A DNA stretch of 64,000 bases from an uncultured Rikenellaceae bacterium (GTDB lineage Bacteria; Bacteroidota; Bacteroidia; Bacteroidales; VadinHA17). Below the pieces are notes generated by a model, which made no database searches, was not told the origin of the DNA, and was given only the letters and a program-made list of their open reading frames with translations. Location: NCBI GenBank assembly GCA_964446825.1, contig CAYUQR010000006.1, positions 18,964 to 82,963 of the forward strand, written 5' to 3'. The position numbers were made by a program, and so were the translations under genes. Below, piece after piece: positions 44,151 to 54,129 of the stretch (within the stretch, counting starts at the first letter, position 1; the number at the start of each line of letters is the position of its first letter).

Positions 44151-47100
44151 ATGACAGAAGAGATTAAGGTTACAAGATTAAGTAAGGCAGCCCGCGAATT
44201 TAATGTGGGAATATCCACCATTGTGGATTTTCTTCACAAGAAAGGGTTCGATCTTGATCCCAACCCAAATACTAAACTTCCGCATGAAGCATACATTCTG
44301 CTTGTAAAAGAATATAGTACTGATATCAGTGTAAAAAAAGAATCAGAGAAACTTATTCTTAAAGATCTTCACAGAAAAAAAGAGACTGTTTCTATTGACG
44401 ATTTTTCAGAGCATACTGATTCAGAGGACTCTGAAAAGGATGAAGATGTCATTGTTAAAGACTCTTCAGGAATCACGAACACTGATGTTATAAAAACAGA
44501 GATAAAGAAACCTGATATCAGGCTGGTTGGTAAAATTGACCTTGAAAAAACGCTGAAACCTAAAGCAGATAAACCGGTCCCTCCCAAAGAAGAAGCTGAA
44601 AAGATAAAAACTGCAGCCACGCAGGAACCTGAAAAACCAGCAAAGGAAAAGACTGAACCTGAAAAAGAAACACCGGCCGCCCCATTAACTGATAAAGAGG
44701 CAAAAACAAAGACAAATATAGATCTGCATATTGTTGGTAAAATCGATCTCGACACTGTCGCTAAAGAGGCTAAACCAGGTAAAAAAGGAAAATCCGAAGA
44801 AAAGCCTACAGAAAAAGCTAAATCTGCTTCAAAGGAAAAAATAAGCGGGGAAAAGGAACAAAAACAGGAAGAGAAAATTACAGCTGGTAAGAAAGAACCG
44901 GGAAAAGGCGAAAAAAGTGAAAAAGAAGAACCTGAAGTGGAAGATGAAGATACTATTATTGATGATATTATTGATAATGGCTTAATAGAGGAAGTGGAAG
45001 ACGATGTCGTTGCATTATATAAGACTGACTTTAAGAAACTGACCGGTCCCAGGGTTGTCGGCAGGATAGACTTACCTGCAGAGGAAAAGAAAAAGACATC
45101 ATTTCAGCCTGTAAAGGTTAGCGGAGATCAGGATTTCAGGAGAAAGAAAAGAAGAAAAAGAATATCTAAAGAAAAGGAAGGATCTCCTTTAGCAAAGCCA
45201 GTCCCTACCGATAAGAAAGATAAGACCGGAGGTAAGAAGGTCGTAAAAAAGAGACCTTTAAGAGCCGAAGTTAACGAAGAAGAAGTACAGAAGCAGATAA
45301 AAGAGACTCTTGCCAGGCTGACAACGAAGGGTAAATCGAAAGGCTCAAGGTACAGAAGGGAAAAAAGAGAGGCTATCAGCCAGAAACATCAGGAGGTAGC
45401 CGATAAACTGGAACTCGACAAGAATATTCTTAAAGTAACAGAGTTTGTATCAGTTAATGAACTTGCATCGATGATGAACATCCCTGTGACTGAAATTATC
45501 TCAACCTGTATGAACCTGGGACTTTTTGTATCAATCAACCAGCGTCTCGATGCTGAAACGATGGCTCTTCTTGCCGATGAATTTGGCTTCAAGGTAGAAT
45601 TTGTTAGTGCTGAACTGCAGGAAGCTGTCAGGGAAGAGGAAGATGAAGAGGAAGATCTTAAGTCAAGGCCGCCTATCGTTACTGTAATGGGGCATGTTGA
45701 TCATGGAAAAACAAAACTGCTTGACTATATCCGGAATACAAATGTTATTGCAGGCGAGGCAGGCGGTATTACTCAGCATATAGGTGCTTACGGGGTTATC
45801 CTTGCAGATGGACGCCAGATAACTTTTCTTGATACTCCCGGTCATGAGGCATTTACTGCCATGAGAGCCAGGGGAGCACAGATTACTGATATAGCTATTA
45901 TTGTGGTTGCTGCTGATGATGGAGTGATGCCCCAGACAAAAGAAGCCATCAATCATGCTTCGGCAGCAGGGGTACCAATCATTTTCGCTATTAATAAGAT
46001 TGATAAGCCTTCTGCAAACCCGGATAAGATAAAAGAAGCCCTTGCAGCAATGAACTACCTGGTGGAGGATTGGGGAGGAAAATACCAGTCGCAGGAGATC
46101 TCTGCAAAAAGTGGACTTAATATTGATATTCTCCTTGATAAAATTCTCCTTGAGGCTGAAATGCTTGAGTTGAAAGCAAATCCCGAGAAACCAGCTCTCG
46201 GTACAGTCATTGAATCTTCTCTCGATAAGGGAAGAGGATTTACGGCAACAGTGCTGGTTAAAGCCGGAACCCTAAGGGTTGGAGACATAATGCTTGCCGG
46301 AAGTTGCTTCGGGCATATCAAAGCAATGTATAATGAAAGAGGGAATAAGGTTGATGAAGTAGGGCCTGCCACTCCTGCTCTTATCCTGGGCCTTAACGGG
46401 GCACCCCAGGCAGGTGATAAGTTTAACATTATGGACAGCGACCGCGAAGCCAAAGATATTGCTACAAAAAGAGCCCAACTTCAGAGAGAGCAGGGCCTGC
46501 GTACTCAGAAACATATTACCCTCGACGAAATAGGAAGAAGGATTGCCATTGGCAACTTCCAGGAACTTAATATTATTGTTAAAGGTGATGTTGATGGTTC
46601 TGTTGAAGCACTGAGCGATTCACTTATAAAGCTTTCAACACCTGAGATCCAGCTTAATATTATCCATAAAGCTGTCGGACAAATATCTGAATCAGACATT
46701 CTTCTTGCTGCAGCATCCAATGCTATTATCGTGGGATTCCAGGTACGTCCCTCATTGAGCGCCCGGCGACTGGCAGAAAAGGAGGAGATAGATGTGCGTC
46801 TGTACTCAATAATATACAACGCCATAGAAGAAATCAGATCTGCAATGGAAGGTATGCTGATGCCGGAAGTTAAAGAAGAGATTGTTGCTACACTTGAAAT
46901 TCGTGAGATATTTAAAGTAACTAAAGTCGGAACAGTTGCAGGCTGCTATGTAAAAGAGGGAAAAATAACAAGGAATACCCGGGTGAGAATTATCCGCGAT
47001 GGTATAGTTATTTATACCGGGGAACTGGGATCGCTTAAAAGATTCAAGGATGATGTCAAAGAAGTTGTCGGCGGCTATGAATGCGGTCTCAACATCCACA

Positions 47101-47171
47101 ACTTTAATGATATAAAAGTTGGTGACGTAATTGAAGGTTACCAGGAATTCGAAGTTAAAAAGACTCTTTAA
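44151..47171 (+). CDS. infB: translation initiation factor IF-2
   Basis: K/E-rich N-terminal region, then a GTPase domain ([24 protein letters not shown]) and the conserved C-terminal domains. Confidence 0.95.
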   Translation: MTEEIKVTRLSKAAREFNVGISTIVDFLHKKGFDLDPNPNTKLPHEAYILLVKEYSTDISVKKESEKLILKDLHRKKETVSIDDFSEHTDSEDSEKDEDVIVKDSSGITNTDVIKTEIKKPDIRLVGKIDLEKTLKPKADKPVPPKEEAEKIKTAATQEPEKPAKEKTEPEKETPAAPLTDKEAKTKTNIDLHIVGKIDLDTVAKEAKPGKKGKSEEKPTEKAKSASKEKISGEKEQKQEEKITAGKKEPGKGEKSEKEEPEVEDEDTIIDDIIDNGLIEEVEDDVVALYKTDFKKLTGPRVVGRIDLPAEEKKKTSFQPVKVSGDQDFRRKKRRKRISKEKEGSPLAKPVPTDKKDKTGGKKVVKKRPLRAEVNEEEVQKQIKETLARLTTKGKSKGSRYRREKREAISQKHQEVADKLELDKNILKVTEFVSVNELASMMNIPVTEIISTCMNLGLFVSINQRLDAETMALLADEFGFKVEFVSAELQEAVREEEDEEEDLKSRPPIVTVMGHVDHGKTKLLDYIRNTNVIAGEAGGITQHIGAYGVILADGRQITFLDTPGHEAFTAMRARGAQITDIAIIVVAADDGVMPQTKEAINHASAAGVPIIFAINKIDKPSANPDKIKEALAAMNYLVEDWGGKYQSQEISAKSGLNIDILLDKILLEAEMLELKANPEKPALGTVIESSLDKGRGFTATVLVKAGTLRVGDIMLAGSCFGHIKAMYNERGNKVDEVGPATPALILGLNGAPQAGDKFNIMDSDREAKDIATKRAQLQREQGLRTQKHITLDEIGRRIAIGNFQELNIIVKGDVDGSVEALSDSLIKLSTPEIQLNIIHKAVGQISESDILLAAASNAIIVGFQVRPSLSARRLAEKEEIDVRLYSIIYNAIEEIRSAMEGMLMPEVKEEIVATLEIREIFKVTKVGTVAGCYVKEGKITRNTRVRIIRDGIVIYTGELGSLKRFKDDVKEVVGGYECGLNIHNFNDIKVGDVIEGYQEFEVKKTL

Positions 47172-47542
47172 AGCAGGGCCTTATATTTTTCAGGAGACAG
47201 CAGGTCATTAACCTCCGAAGGATTTGTGACCTTAATTTTAACCATCCAGCCTTTGCCGTAAGGATCCTTGTTAACAACATCGGGTGTATCTTCAAGTGCC
47301 GGGTTTACCTCAAGTATCTCACCGCTTACCGGCATAAACATGTCAGACACTGTTTTCACAGCTTCGATGGTACCAAATACCTCCTCTTTCTCAAGATTTT
47401 CCCCAAGCGTTTCAATTTCTATAAAAACAATATCGCCAAGCTCACCCTGTGCAAAATCAGTAACGCCTACATAAGCCATGTCGCCTTCGACGCGAAGCCA
47501 CTCATGATCTTTTGTGTATAATAAACTTTCGGGAACATTCAT
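47168..47542 (-). CDS. gcvH: glycine cleavage system protein H
   Basis: Lipoyl-lysine motif ([18 protein letters not shown]) and typical length. Confidence 0.9.
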   Translation of the reverse strand: MNVPESLLYTKDHEWLRVEGDMAYVGVTDFAQGELGDIVFIEIETLGENLEKEEVFGTIEAVKTVSDMFMPVSGEILEVNPALEDTPDVVNKDPYGKGWMVKIKVTNPSEVNDLLSPEKYKALL

Positions 47543-47693
47543 AACTGGGACGGTTTTAGATTTTATATTAAATTCATCATTTCCTTTTTTTCAAGCCAGC
47601 CAAAAATAAATATTTTTTTAATTATCAAAGATGACAAAAGACATAATTTATTAACCATGGCTCGTCTCTTAAATGGAAGAACTAAAAATATAG

Positions 47694-49700
47694 CTACCCT
47701 CCTGTTATACGCATAACCCTGGCAGAAAGAGGTTCAAGAGTTATCTCAAGATAGTTGTTTTTGCATTTAACAAAAACAGAACTGACTGAAAGGATGTCTT
47801 CATAATTCCCATTGGTTTTAACAGGCAGTTTTACTGTTTGCGGATTTTCAGAACGGTTAAAAATGGCTATTATCTCATTATTATCAAGCTTGCGGCTGTA
47901 AGCCAGCAGCATTTTCTTATCATCAGACAATAAAAAAGATAGATCGCCATAGATAAGAACCGGATTATCTTTCCTCATTTTGCAGAGCCGCTTGTAAAAA
48001 CTCAGAAGTACCTTATCTGGTCTTACCATATCTACAGGCCTGCTTCCTGACGGATCATAATTGGCCCTTTCATCCTCATAGGTCAGGTCATCCCATACAA
48101 GAGGCTTCCTGCAATCTGGATCATCGGCTCCCCACATACCCACCTCTTCCCCATTCCATATCTGTGGTGCCCCAATGAATGTGAACTGATGGATAAGAAG
48201 CATTTGCTGTTCCTTCCTGGTCGGGTCATCGGGTTTATAGATTTTATAATCAGGATTATCACTTGGTTTAGCCTGATATTTATACAATGTTTTATTAAAA
48301 AGTGATGTTGACAAACGCGGAGTATCGTGTGTTGATGCTACATTCATCATTGTCTCCAGGTTATCTGTGGTTATTCCTTTGTCAATATGATTAATCTCCG
48401 TAACAAATTCAGAAGGCTTCAGGGCAGGTTCGGCCTGACCGAACAGACTTCTGGCTATCCTGTACCATCTGTAATTCATTACCGCATCGAACTGGTCGCC
48501 CTTAAGGTATACTACCGGATCCATAAGCTTATCCGGCCATTCCTGAAACCAGATCTCTCCTACAAGGTATGCTTCCGGATTAACAGATCTGACCACCTTC
48601 CTGTATTCACGCCAGAATCCCATAGGAATTTCACCCGCCACATCCAGACGGAATCCGTCAACTCCGTCTGAGGGATTCCCGTCGCCGTCAGGATCAAGCC
48701 ATCGTCTTGTAACATCAAAAATATGACGCTTTAATGATTCAGAATGAAAATTTCCCTCAAAGGGCATAGTCTTATTACCGCGAGGAATAATATCTTTTTT
48801 GAATACCGGCATCCATGGATTATTGCCTCCCCAGCCCTCATACCTGAATTCATCCTGTGGCGTGGACGGATCGTCAAACTGAATAATGTTATACCAGTCG
48901 ACGAATTTTGATTTCTTCCCATTCTTCCTGATGTCGTCCAATGCCCAGAAAATCTTCCCTGTATGGTTCCATGAATAATCCATGATCACCCTGATACCTC
49001 TTTTGTGGAATTCATTAACAACCTTCAGAAACAGCTTATCGGCAGAGGTCCATTTCCATGTTGATGGATCATCGTGTATTTCGGAATCAATAATTGCAGC
49101 GTCTTCCCTGGGATCAGGGCCAAAATTTCTGTCTATATGTGCATAGTTTCTTGCATCATATTTATGCAATGAAGGAGAATCATTCAGCGGGTTAAAGTAT
49201 ATTGCTGTAACACCAAGTGACTGGAGATAATCGATTTTATCAAGCACACCCTGCAGGTCACCTCCATAACGACGTGCCTGTATCTTTGAATAAAACCCGC
49301 TTACTCTTACACTGTCGAGCCAGGGATCGTGTGAATACCAGTCGTGACCCCATGGGGTAATCTTCCAGTTTGAAGGCAGGTATTCGGGATAAGAACCATA
49401 CATATCTGCTGGAGTTGGATCGTTAGAGGGATCTCCATTCCGGAACCGTTCAACAAAGATCTGATACCAGATCGCCTCTTTAGCCCAACCAGGGACCGAA
49501 GCAAGAGAGCTGTCAGCAGGGATAGTGCTTTTGACTTGTTGCTGGCCACAACCGGGAATTAAAAAACTGATGAATAATAGCGAAAGGAAAGTTGTTGTTA
49601 TATAAAAGATACTCCTCAATCTGTATGTAATACCCCCCAACCCCCCCAAGGGGGGGCTAATTGAGGATATTAACAACCTTTTGATTTTTGCAATTTGCAT
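47694..49700 (-). CDS. GH13 alpha-amylase-family glycosidase, lipoprotein (neopullulanase/cyclomaltodextrinase-like)
   Basis: GH13 regions I-IV (DYSWNHTG, GFRLDVAGE, VGEIWF, ASTHDTPR). The true start is probably the TTG at 49619, giving MRSIFYITTTFLSLLFISFLIPGC. The track start at 49700 reads through a GC hairpin. Confidence 0.85.
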   Translation of the reverse strand: MQIAKIKRLLISSISPPLGGLGGITYRLRSIFYITTTFLSLLFISFLIPGCGQQQVKSTIPADSSLASVPGWAKEAIWYQIFVERFRNGDPSNDPTPADMYGSYPEYLPSNWKITPWGHDWYSHDPWLDSVRVSGFYSKIQARRYGGDLQGVLDKIDYLQSLGVTAIYFNPLNDSPSLHKYDARNYAHIDRNFGPDPREDAAIIDSEIHDDPSTWKWTSADKLFLKVVNEFHKRGIRVIMDYSWNHTGKIFWALDDIRKNGKKSKFVDWYNIIQFDDPSTPQDEFRYEGWGGNNPWMPVFKKDIIPRGNKTMPFEGNFHSESLKRHIFDVTRRWLDPDGDGNPSDGVDGFRLDVAGEIPMGFWREYRKVVRSVNPEAYLVGEIWFQEWPDKLMDPVVYLKGDQFDAVMNYRWYRIARSLFGQAEPALKPSEFVTEINHIDKGITTDNLETMMNVASTHDTPRLSTSLFNKTLYKYQAKPSDNPDYKIYKPDDPTRKEQQMLLIHQFTFIGAPQIWNGEEVGMWGADDPDCRKPLVWDDLTYEDERANYDPSGSRPVDMVRPDKVLLSFYKRLCKMRKDNPVLIYGDLSFLLSDDKKMLLAYSRKLDNNEIIAIFNRSENPQTVKLPVKTNGNYEDILSVSSVFVKCKNNYLEITLEPLSARVMRITGG
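49633..49656 (-). other. C-run/G-run hairpin element
   Basis: Plus strand reads CCCCCCAACCCCCCCAAGGGGGGG. The gene (minus) strand reads CCCCCCCTTGGGGGGGTTGGGGGG. It lies between two GH13 genes. Confidence 0.5.
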
Positions 49701-49702
49701 TT

Positions 49703-51082
49703 TTACCTTATAAATACCTTATACCCCCATGGTTCAAGTCTTAAAGAATCATTCAGAGGAAGTGTGATTTTCATTCCTGTAAAATATTCCGTGTAATCTC
49801 CACCAATGTTTTTCATATCGGGCTTTACTGCTACATTCTTCTTGCTGATATTCAGGAATACAACGACCCTGTTATCAGCTTTCTCCCTGTAAAAAGCAAA
49901 AACTTTATTTGTCTTATTGGTTGGTATCTTAACCATGGCACCTCCAAAATCACCGTTCCACAAAGCTTTATTTTTCTCTTTCAGTGATACCAGATTCCTG
50001 TAAAACCCTGTCAGGCTGCATGTATCCCAATTAATTGTATCTTTTACAAAAAATTTAAGTTTCTTGTTAAGGCATACTTCCTGTCCGCTGTAAATCAGGG
50101 GAACTCCCTGTGAGGTGAAGATAAGAGTAGCAAAGGGTTTCTGTGTCGGCCCCATTAATGAGTCGATTGTTCCACCCCAGGAATTTTCATCATGATTGGT
50201 AAGAAACAGGAGCCTGTATACGTTATTAGGATATGTAGCCCATTCTTTCTCATAATACTTTGCAAGTGCCTTAACACTGTCTTTTCGCTGTGCTATATTT
50301 ACCATAAGGTGATACATCTCCCAGGCATAGTTCATATCAAAGCCTTTCTCAAGAAAATATGTAGGTTCCTCAATTTCTCCAATAAGCAGCACAGGTTGTA
50401 ATTTATTAAGTTCTGTTCTGGCTCTTTCCCAGAATTCCTTAGGGGTATTATGTGGGTGGTCAATACGGAAACCATCAACTCCCATATCAACCCAGTATTT
50501 CATCGCATCTATCATATAATCCTGCAAACCTTTCTTTGTCCAGTCAAGCTGAATTACATCGGTCCAGTCAGTACCTATGGGAGGTGTAAAATTTCCTTTG
50601 GCATCTTTAACATACCAGTCAGGATGCTCAACGGTGAGTTTATTATCCCACGAAGTGTGATTAGGTACCCAGTCCATGATAACATGCATACCCATACCAT
50701 GAGCCTTTGCTATGACTGACTTAAAATCATCAAGAGTTCCAAACTCAGGATTAACATCCATAAAGTCCTTTACAGAATAATAACTGCCTAATTCTCCCTT
50801 GTGGTTAGTGATTCCAATCGGGAAAGTTGGCATAAACCATAAAACATTAATGCCAAGCGATTTCAGTCGGGAAAGATGTTCAGCAAACGCGTTGAAAGTT
50901 CCTTCCGGTGTATATTGCCGGACATTGACTTCATACAAAACAGAGTTCTTTGACCAGTCAGGATGTACTACTTCAGATACGAAAGGTTTAATTTCTTTTT
51001 TACCCCCGAAAAGAGTGCATCCTGCAATAGTAATTAGAGCCGCCAGTAATAGGACCAGCAGGCCGGCATGTAGTTTATCCAT
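49703..51082 (-). CDS. GH13 alpha-amylase, lipoprotein
   Basis: Lipoprotein signal (LLAALITIAGC) and GH13 regions (DWVPNHTS, GFRIDHPH, LIGEI, LTNHDEN). Confidence 0.85.
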   Translation of the reverse strand: MDKLHAGLLVLLLAALITIAGCTLFGGKKEIKPFVSEVVHPDWSKNSVLYEVNVRQYTPEGTFNAFAEHLSRLKSLGINVLWFMPTFPIGITNHKGELGSYYSVKDFMDVNPEFGTLDDFKSVIAKAHGMGMHVIMDWVPNHTSWDNKLTVEHPDWYVKDAKGNFTPPIGTDWTDVIQLDWTKKGLQDYMIDAMKYWVDMGVDGFRIDHPHNTPKEFWERARTELNKLQPVLLIGEIEEPTYFLEKGFDMNYAWEMYHLMVNIAQRKDSVKALAKYYEKEWATYPNNVYRLLFLTNHDENSWGGTIDSLMGPTQKPFATLIFTSQGVPLIYSGQEVCLNKKLKFFVKDTINWDTCSLTGFYRNLVSLKEKNKALWNGDFGGAMVKIPTNKTNKVFAFYREKADNRVVVFLNISKKNVAVKPDMKNIGGDYTEYFTGMKITLPLNDSLRLEPWGYKVFIR

Positions 51083-51145
51083 AATATTAAGAATTAAGTA
51101 ATCTATTTCAGATTTGATTTTCTGATCGTTGACAATTCATCAAAT

Positions 51146-53464
51146 TTACTTTGTTTTCCGGTCAACTTCAAGTTTTTCGTTACCTTCCACCAGGTAATTA
51201 CTGTCATAAAGGACAATCTTCAATTGTTTTTTTGACAGATTACTTACAAAAACACTTTTTTTTGTCACCCTTACTTCAAGCAGGATCCCCCGAAATCGTG
51301 CATGAAAAGAATATGAAACCCAGTTGACCGGGATTAAGGGGTTAAGCCTGATCTTATCATTATCAATACGCATGCCTCCGAATCCTTCAACAACGGCCAG
51401 CCATGTTCCGGCCATGCTTGTAATATGAAGGCCATCTGAGACTTCATTATTATAGTCATCAAGATCAAGTCGCGCAGTACGCAGATACAGTTCATACGCC
51501 TTTTCAATGTTCCCTATCCTTGATGCTATTATTGAATGGATACAGGCTGATAATGAAGATTCGTGAACACACATCGGTTCATAAAAATCGAAGCTTCTTT
51601 TAATTGCAGCTGTATCAAACTGATCTTCCAGCACATACAACCCCTGAAGAACATCAGCCTGTTTAATGAAGCATGATCTGAGGATCCTGTCCCACGACCA
51701 GTGCTGATTTATTGGCCTTTCATCAGGAGGAATGGTATCGGCTTTTCTTATTTCCTTATCCAGAAATCCGTCCTGCTGGAGAAACACATTCTGTTCTTTA
51801 TCAAAGGGGAAATGCATATTATTAATAAGCTCATTCCATCTCTTTGTCTCTTCAGCGAATATGAAGTTAGTTTTCCTGAAAACTTCTCTGAGTTTTTCAG
51901 GTTTCTCCTTCTCAAGTTTCCCGATACTCCTTACTGTATAAGATAATGTCCATACTGCCATTGAGTTGGTGTACCAGTTATTATTTACATTATTTTCATA
52001 TTCATTTGGTCCTGTTACACCTAAAATCACATATTTCCCAATATTATCCGAGTAAGTTGCACGCTGGCTCCAGAATCTTGAAATCCCAATTAATACCTCC
52101 AGCCCCCAGTCTGCGAGATAATTTTCATCGCCGGTATGTCTGATATAATTATAAATTGCAAAAGCTATTGCCCCATTACGGTGTATCTCTTCAAAAGTTA
52201 TTTCCCATTCATTATGGCACTCTTCCCCGTTCATGGTAACCATAGGGTAGAGCGCGGCCCCATTCTTAAAGCCCAGTTTTTCTGCATTTTCTATGCTTTT
52301 TTTAAGATGCTTGTACCTGTACAGTACCAGATTTTTCCCGACCTGCTGATCAGATGTTTTTAAAAAGAACGGCAGGCAAAATGCTTCTGTATCCCAATAT
52401 GTGCTTCCACCATACTTTTCACCGGTGAATCCTTTGGGGCCAATATTAAGTCGTTCATCCTTCCCGGTATAAGTCTGATTCAGGTGAAAAATATTAAATC
52501 GTATTGCCTGCTGGGCGGCAATATCTCCTTCTATCACAACATCTGAGGCAGCCCAGATCCTTGCCCATTCATTTTTATGATCAAGGAAAATTTTATCATA
52601 GCCTTTTTTTCTGGCGTCCTCAAGGCGCCTTTTTAAATCAGTAATCAAACTGTTTTCAGGGTTATTCAGTGAAGAGAGAACAGACACAAATTTATACAGT
52701 GTCACCTCTTCCCCGGGATTAATAGTGACAGAAAACTCATTTGCCACGTACTCCTCTTTATCGATTGTCTTTGAGCTTACAACTGGTTGTTTGCCATCTT
52801 TTAATACACTGCAATACATACCTGTCGACACATGAAAGTCAGTAAGCAATGTCCTGGAGGTAATTATCCCATGGTCGACTGATACTTCTCTTGATAGCTC
52901 TTTCCAGAATTTTTCGCCGTAATTTGTATCTTCATTCTTCACATCAGCATTAATGTATGAAGTCAGCCTGAGATTACCGCTGAAATTAACTGATTTTACA
53001 CTATACCTGATTATCCCCAGATCAGGTTCTGCCATGCTCACAAATCTCCTGGAATTTATTTCAATTGTCTTATCTGATGAAACTTTAGTAAGGAAAGATC
53101 TCTCAAGATAACCCTCTTTCATGTTCAGTATCCTTGTAAAAGAGCTGAGTTCCGATTTTGCAAGATCAATAGCCATTCCTCCCACCGATACATCTATTCC
53201 GATCCAGCCCGGAGCATTAATTACTTTCGCAAAATATTCAGGATATCCATTCTTCCACCATCCTACACGGGTTTTATCAGGGTAATAAACACCGGCCACA
53301 TAGCTACCCTGGTGACTATCCCCTGAGTATTGCTCCTCAAAATTGGCTCTCTGCCCCATATAACCATTGCCTATCGAAAATATACTTTCCGACTCCCTGT
53401 TCATCTCAGGGTGAAACCCCTCTTCAATGATCAGCCACTCATCCTTTTTGTACAAGTCATTCAT
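51146..53464 (-). CDS. GH65 family glycoside phosphorylase (maltose phosphorylase-like)
   Basis: Length, GH65 three-domain pattern (FSIGNGYMGQRANFEE, catalytic region YWDTEAFCLPFF), and a position adjacent to pgmB. Confidence 0.88.
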   Translation of the reverse strand: MNDLYKKDEWLIIEEGFHPEMNRESESIFSIGNGYMGQRANFEEQYSGDSHQGSYVAGVYYPDKTRVGWWKNGYPEYFAKVINAPGWIGIDVSVGGMAIDLAKSELSSFTRILNMKEGYLERSFLTKVSSDKTIEINSRRFVSMAEPDLGIIRYSVKSVNFSGNLRLTSYINADVKNEDTNYGEKFWKELSREVSVDHGIITSRTLLTDFHVSTGMYCSVLKDGKQPVVSSKTIDKEEYVANEFSVTINPGEEVTLYKFVSVLSSLNNPENSLITDLKRRLEDARKKGYDKIFLDHKNEWARIWAASDVVIEGDIAAQQAIRFNIFHLNQTYTGKDERLNIGPKGFTGEKYGGSTYWDTEAFCLPFFLKTSDQQVGKNLVLYRYKHLKKSIENAEKLGFKNGAALYPMVTMNGEECHNEWEITFEEIHRNGAIAFAIYNYIRHTGDENYLADWGLEVLIGISRFWSQRATYSDNIGKYVILGVTGPNEYENNVNNNWYTNSMAVWTLSYTVRSIGKLEKEKPEKLREVFRKTNFIFAEETKRWNELINNMHFPFDKEQNVFLQQDGFLDKEIRKADTIPPDERPINQHWSWDRILRSCFIKQADVLQGLYVLEDQFDTAAIKRSFDFYEPMCVHESSLSACIHSIIASRIGNIEKAYELYLRTARLDLDDYNNEVSDGLHITSMAGTWLAVVEGFGGMRIDNDKIRLNPLIPVNWVSYSFHARFRGILLEVRVTKKSVFVSNLSKKQLKIVLYDSNYLVEGNEKLEVDRKTK

Positions 53465-54129
53465 AACAGGATATTCTTTTCAATCATTTTCAATTTTTCA
53501 AGACTCATTTCATATAACCCTTTGACAACAATATGGGCATTTTTCAAAACCGCAGGTGAACCTATTCCGATACACATCATCCCTGCATTAAGTGCAGCCT
53601 GAACCCCGGCAATAGCGTCTTCAAAAACAATACATTTACCTGGTTCAATACCTAACATATTTGCTGCTTTAAGAAATACCTCCGGATCGGGTTTAGCCTT
53701 TTCTACATTGTTTCCATCAGCTACAGCATCGAAAAGCTTACTTATTCCTACTCTGTCGAGTATCAGCGGAGTATTTTTGCTTGCTGAACCTACTGCAACC
53801 CTGATATCAGCCTTTTTAAGCTTGTTAATAAAGTCAAGTGACCCCGGAAGAATCTCTTCCGGGGTCATCTTTCTGATATAATCATTATACCAAAGGTTCT
53901 TAAGTGTAGCTAACTCAATTTTTTTGTTTTGACCAATACTCTTCTTTCCCAGTTCAAGTATTATCTCAAGAGATTCCATACGGCTGACTCCCTTAAGCCG
54001 TTCATTATCCTTTTCGGTAAAATTTATCCCGAGTTGTTCAGCCAGCTTTTTCCATGCCATGAAATGGTATTTGGCAGTATCAACTATTACTCCGTCAAGA
54101 TCAAAAATACAAGCTTCTATCCTCATCAT
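53461..54129 (-). CDS. pgmB: beta-phosphoglucomutase
   Basis: HAD motif I (CIFDLDGVIVDT), GSASKN, and a KPDPEVFL..FEDAIAGVQAA pattern. Confidence 0.9.
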   Translation of the reverse strand: MMRIEACIFDLDGVIVDTAKYHFMAWKKLAEQLGINFTEKDNERLKGVSRMESLEIILELGKKSIGQNKKIELATLKNLWYNDYIRKMTPEEILPGSLDFINKLKKADIRVAVGSASKNTPLILDRVGISKLFDAVADGNNVEKAKPDPEVFLKAANMLGIEPGKCIVFEDAIAGVQAALNAGMMCIGIGSPAVLKNAHIVVKGLYEMSLEKLKMIEKNILL

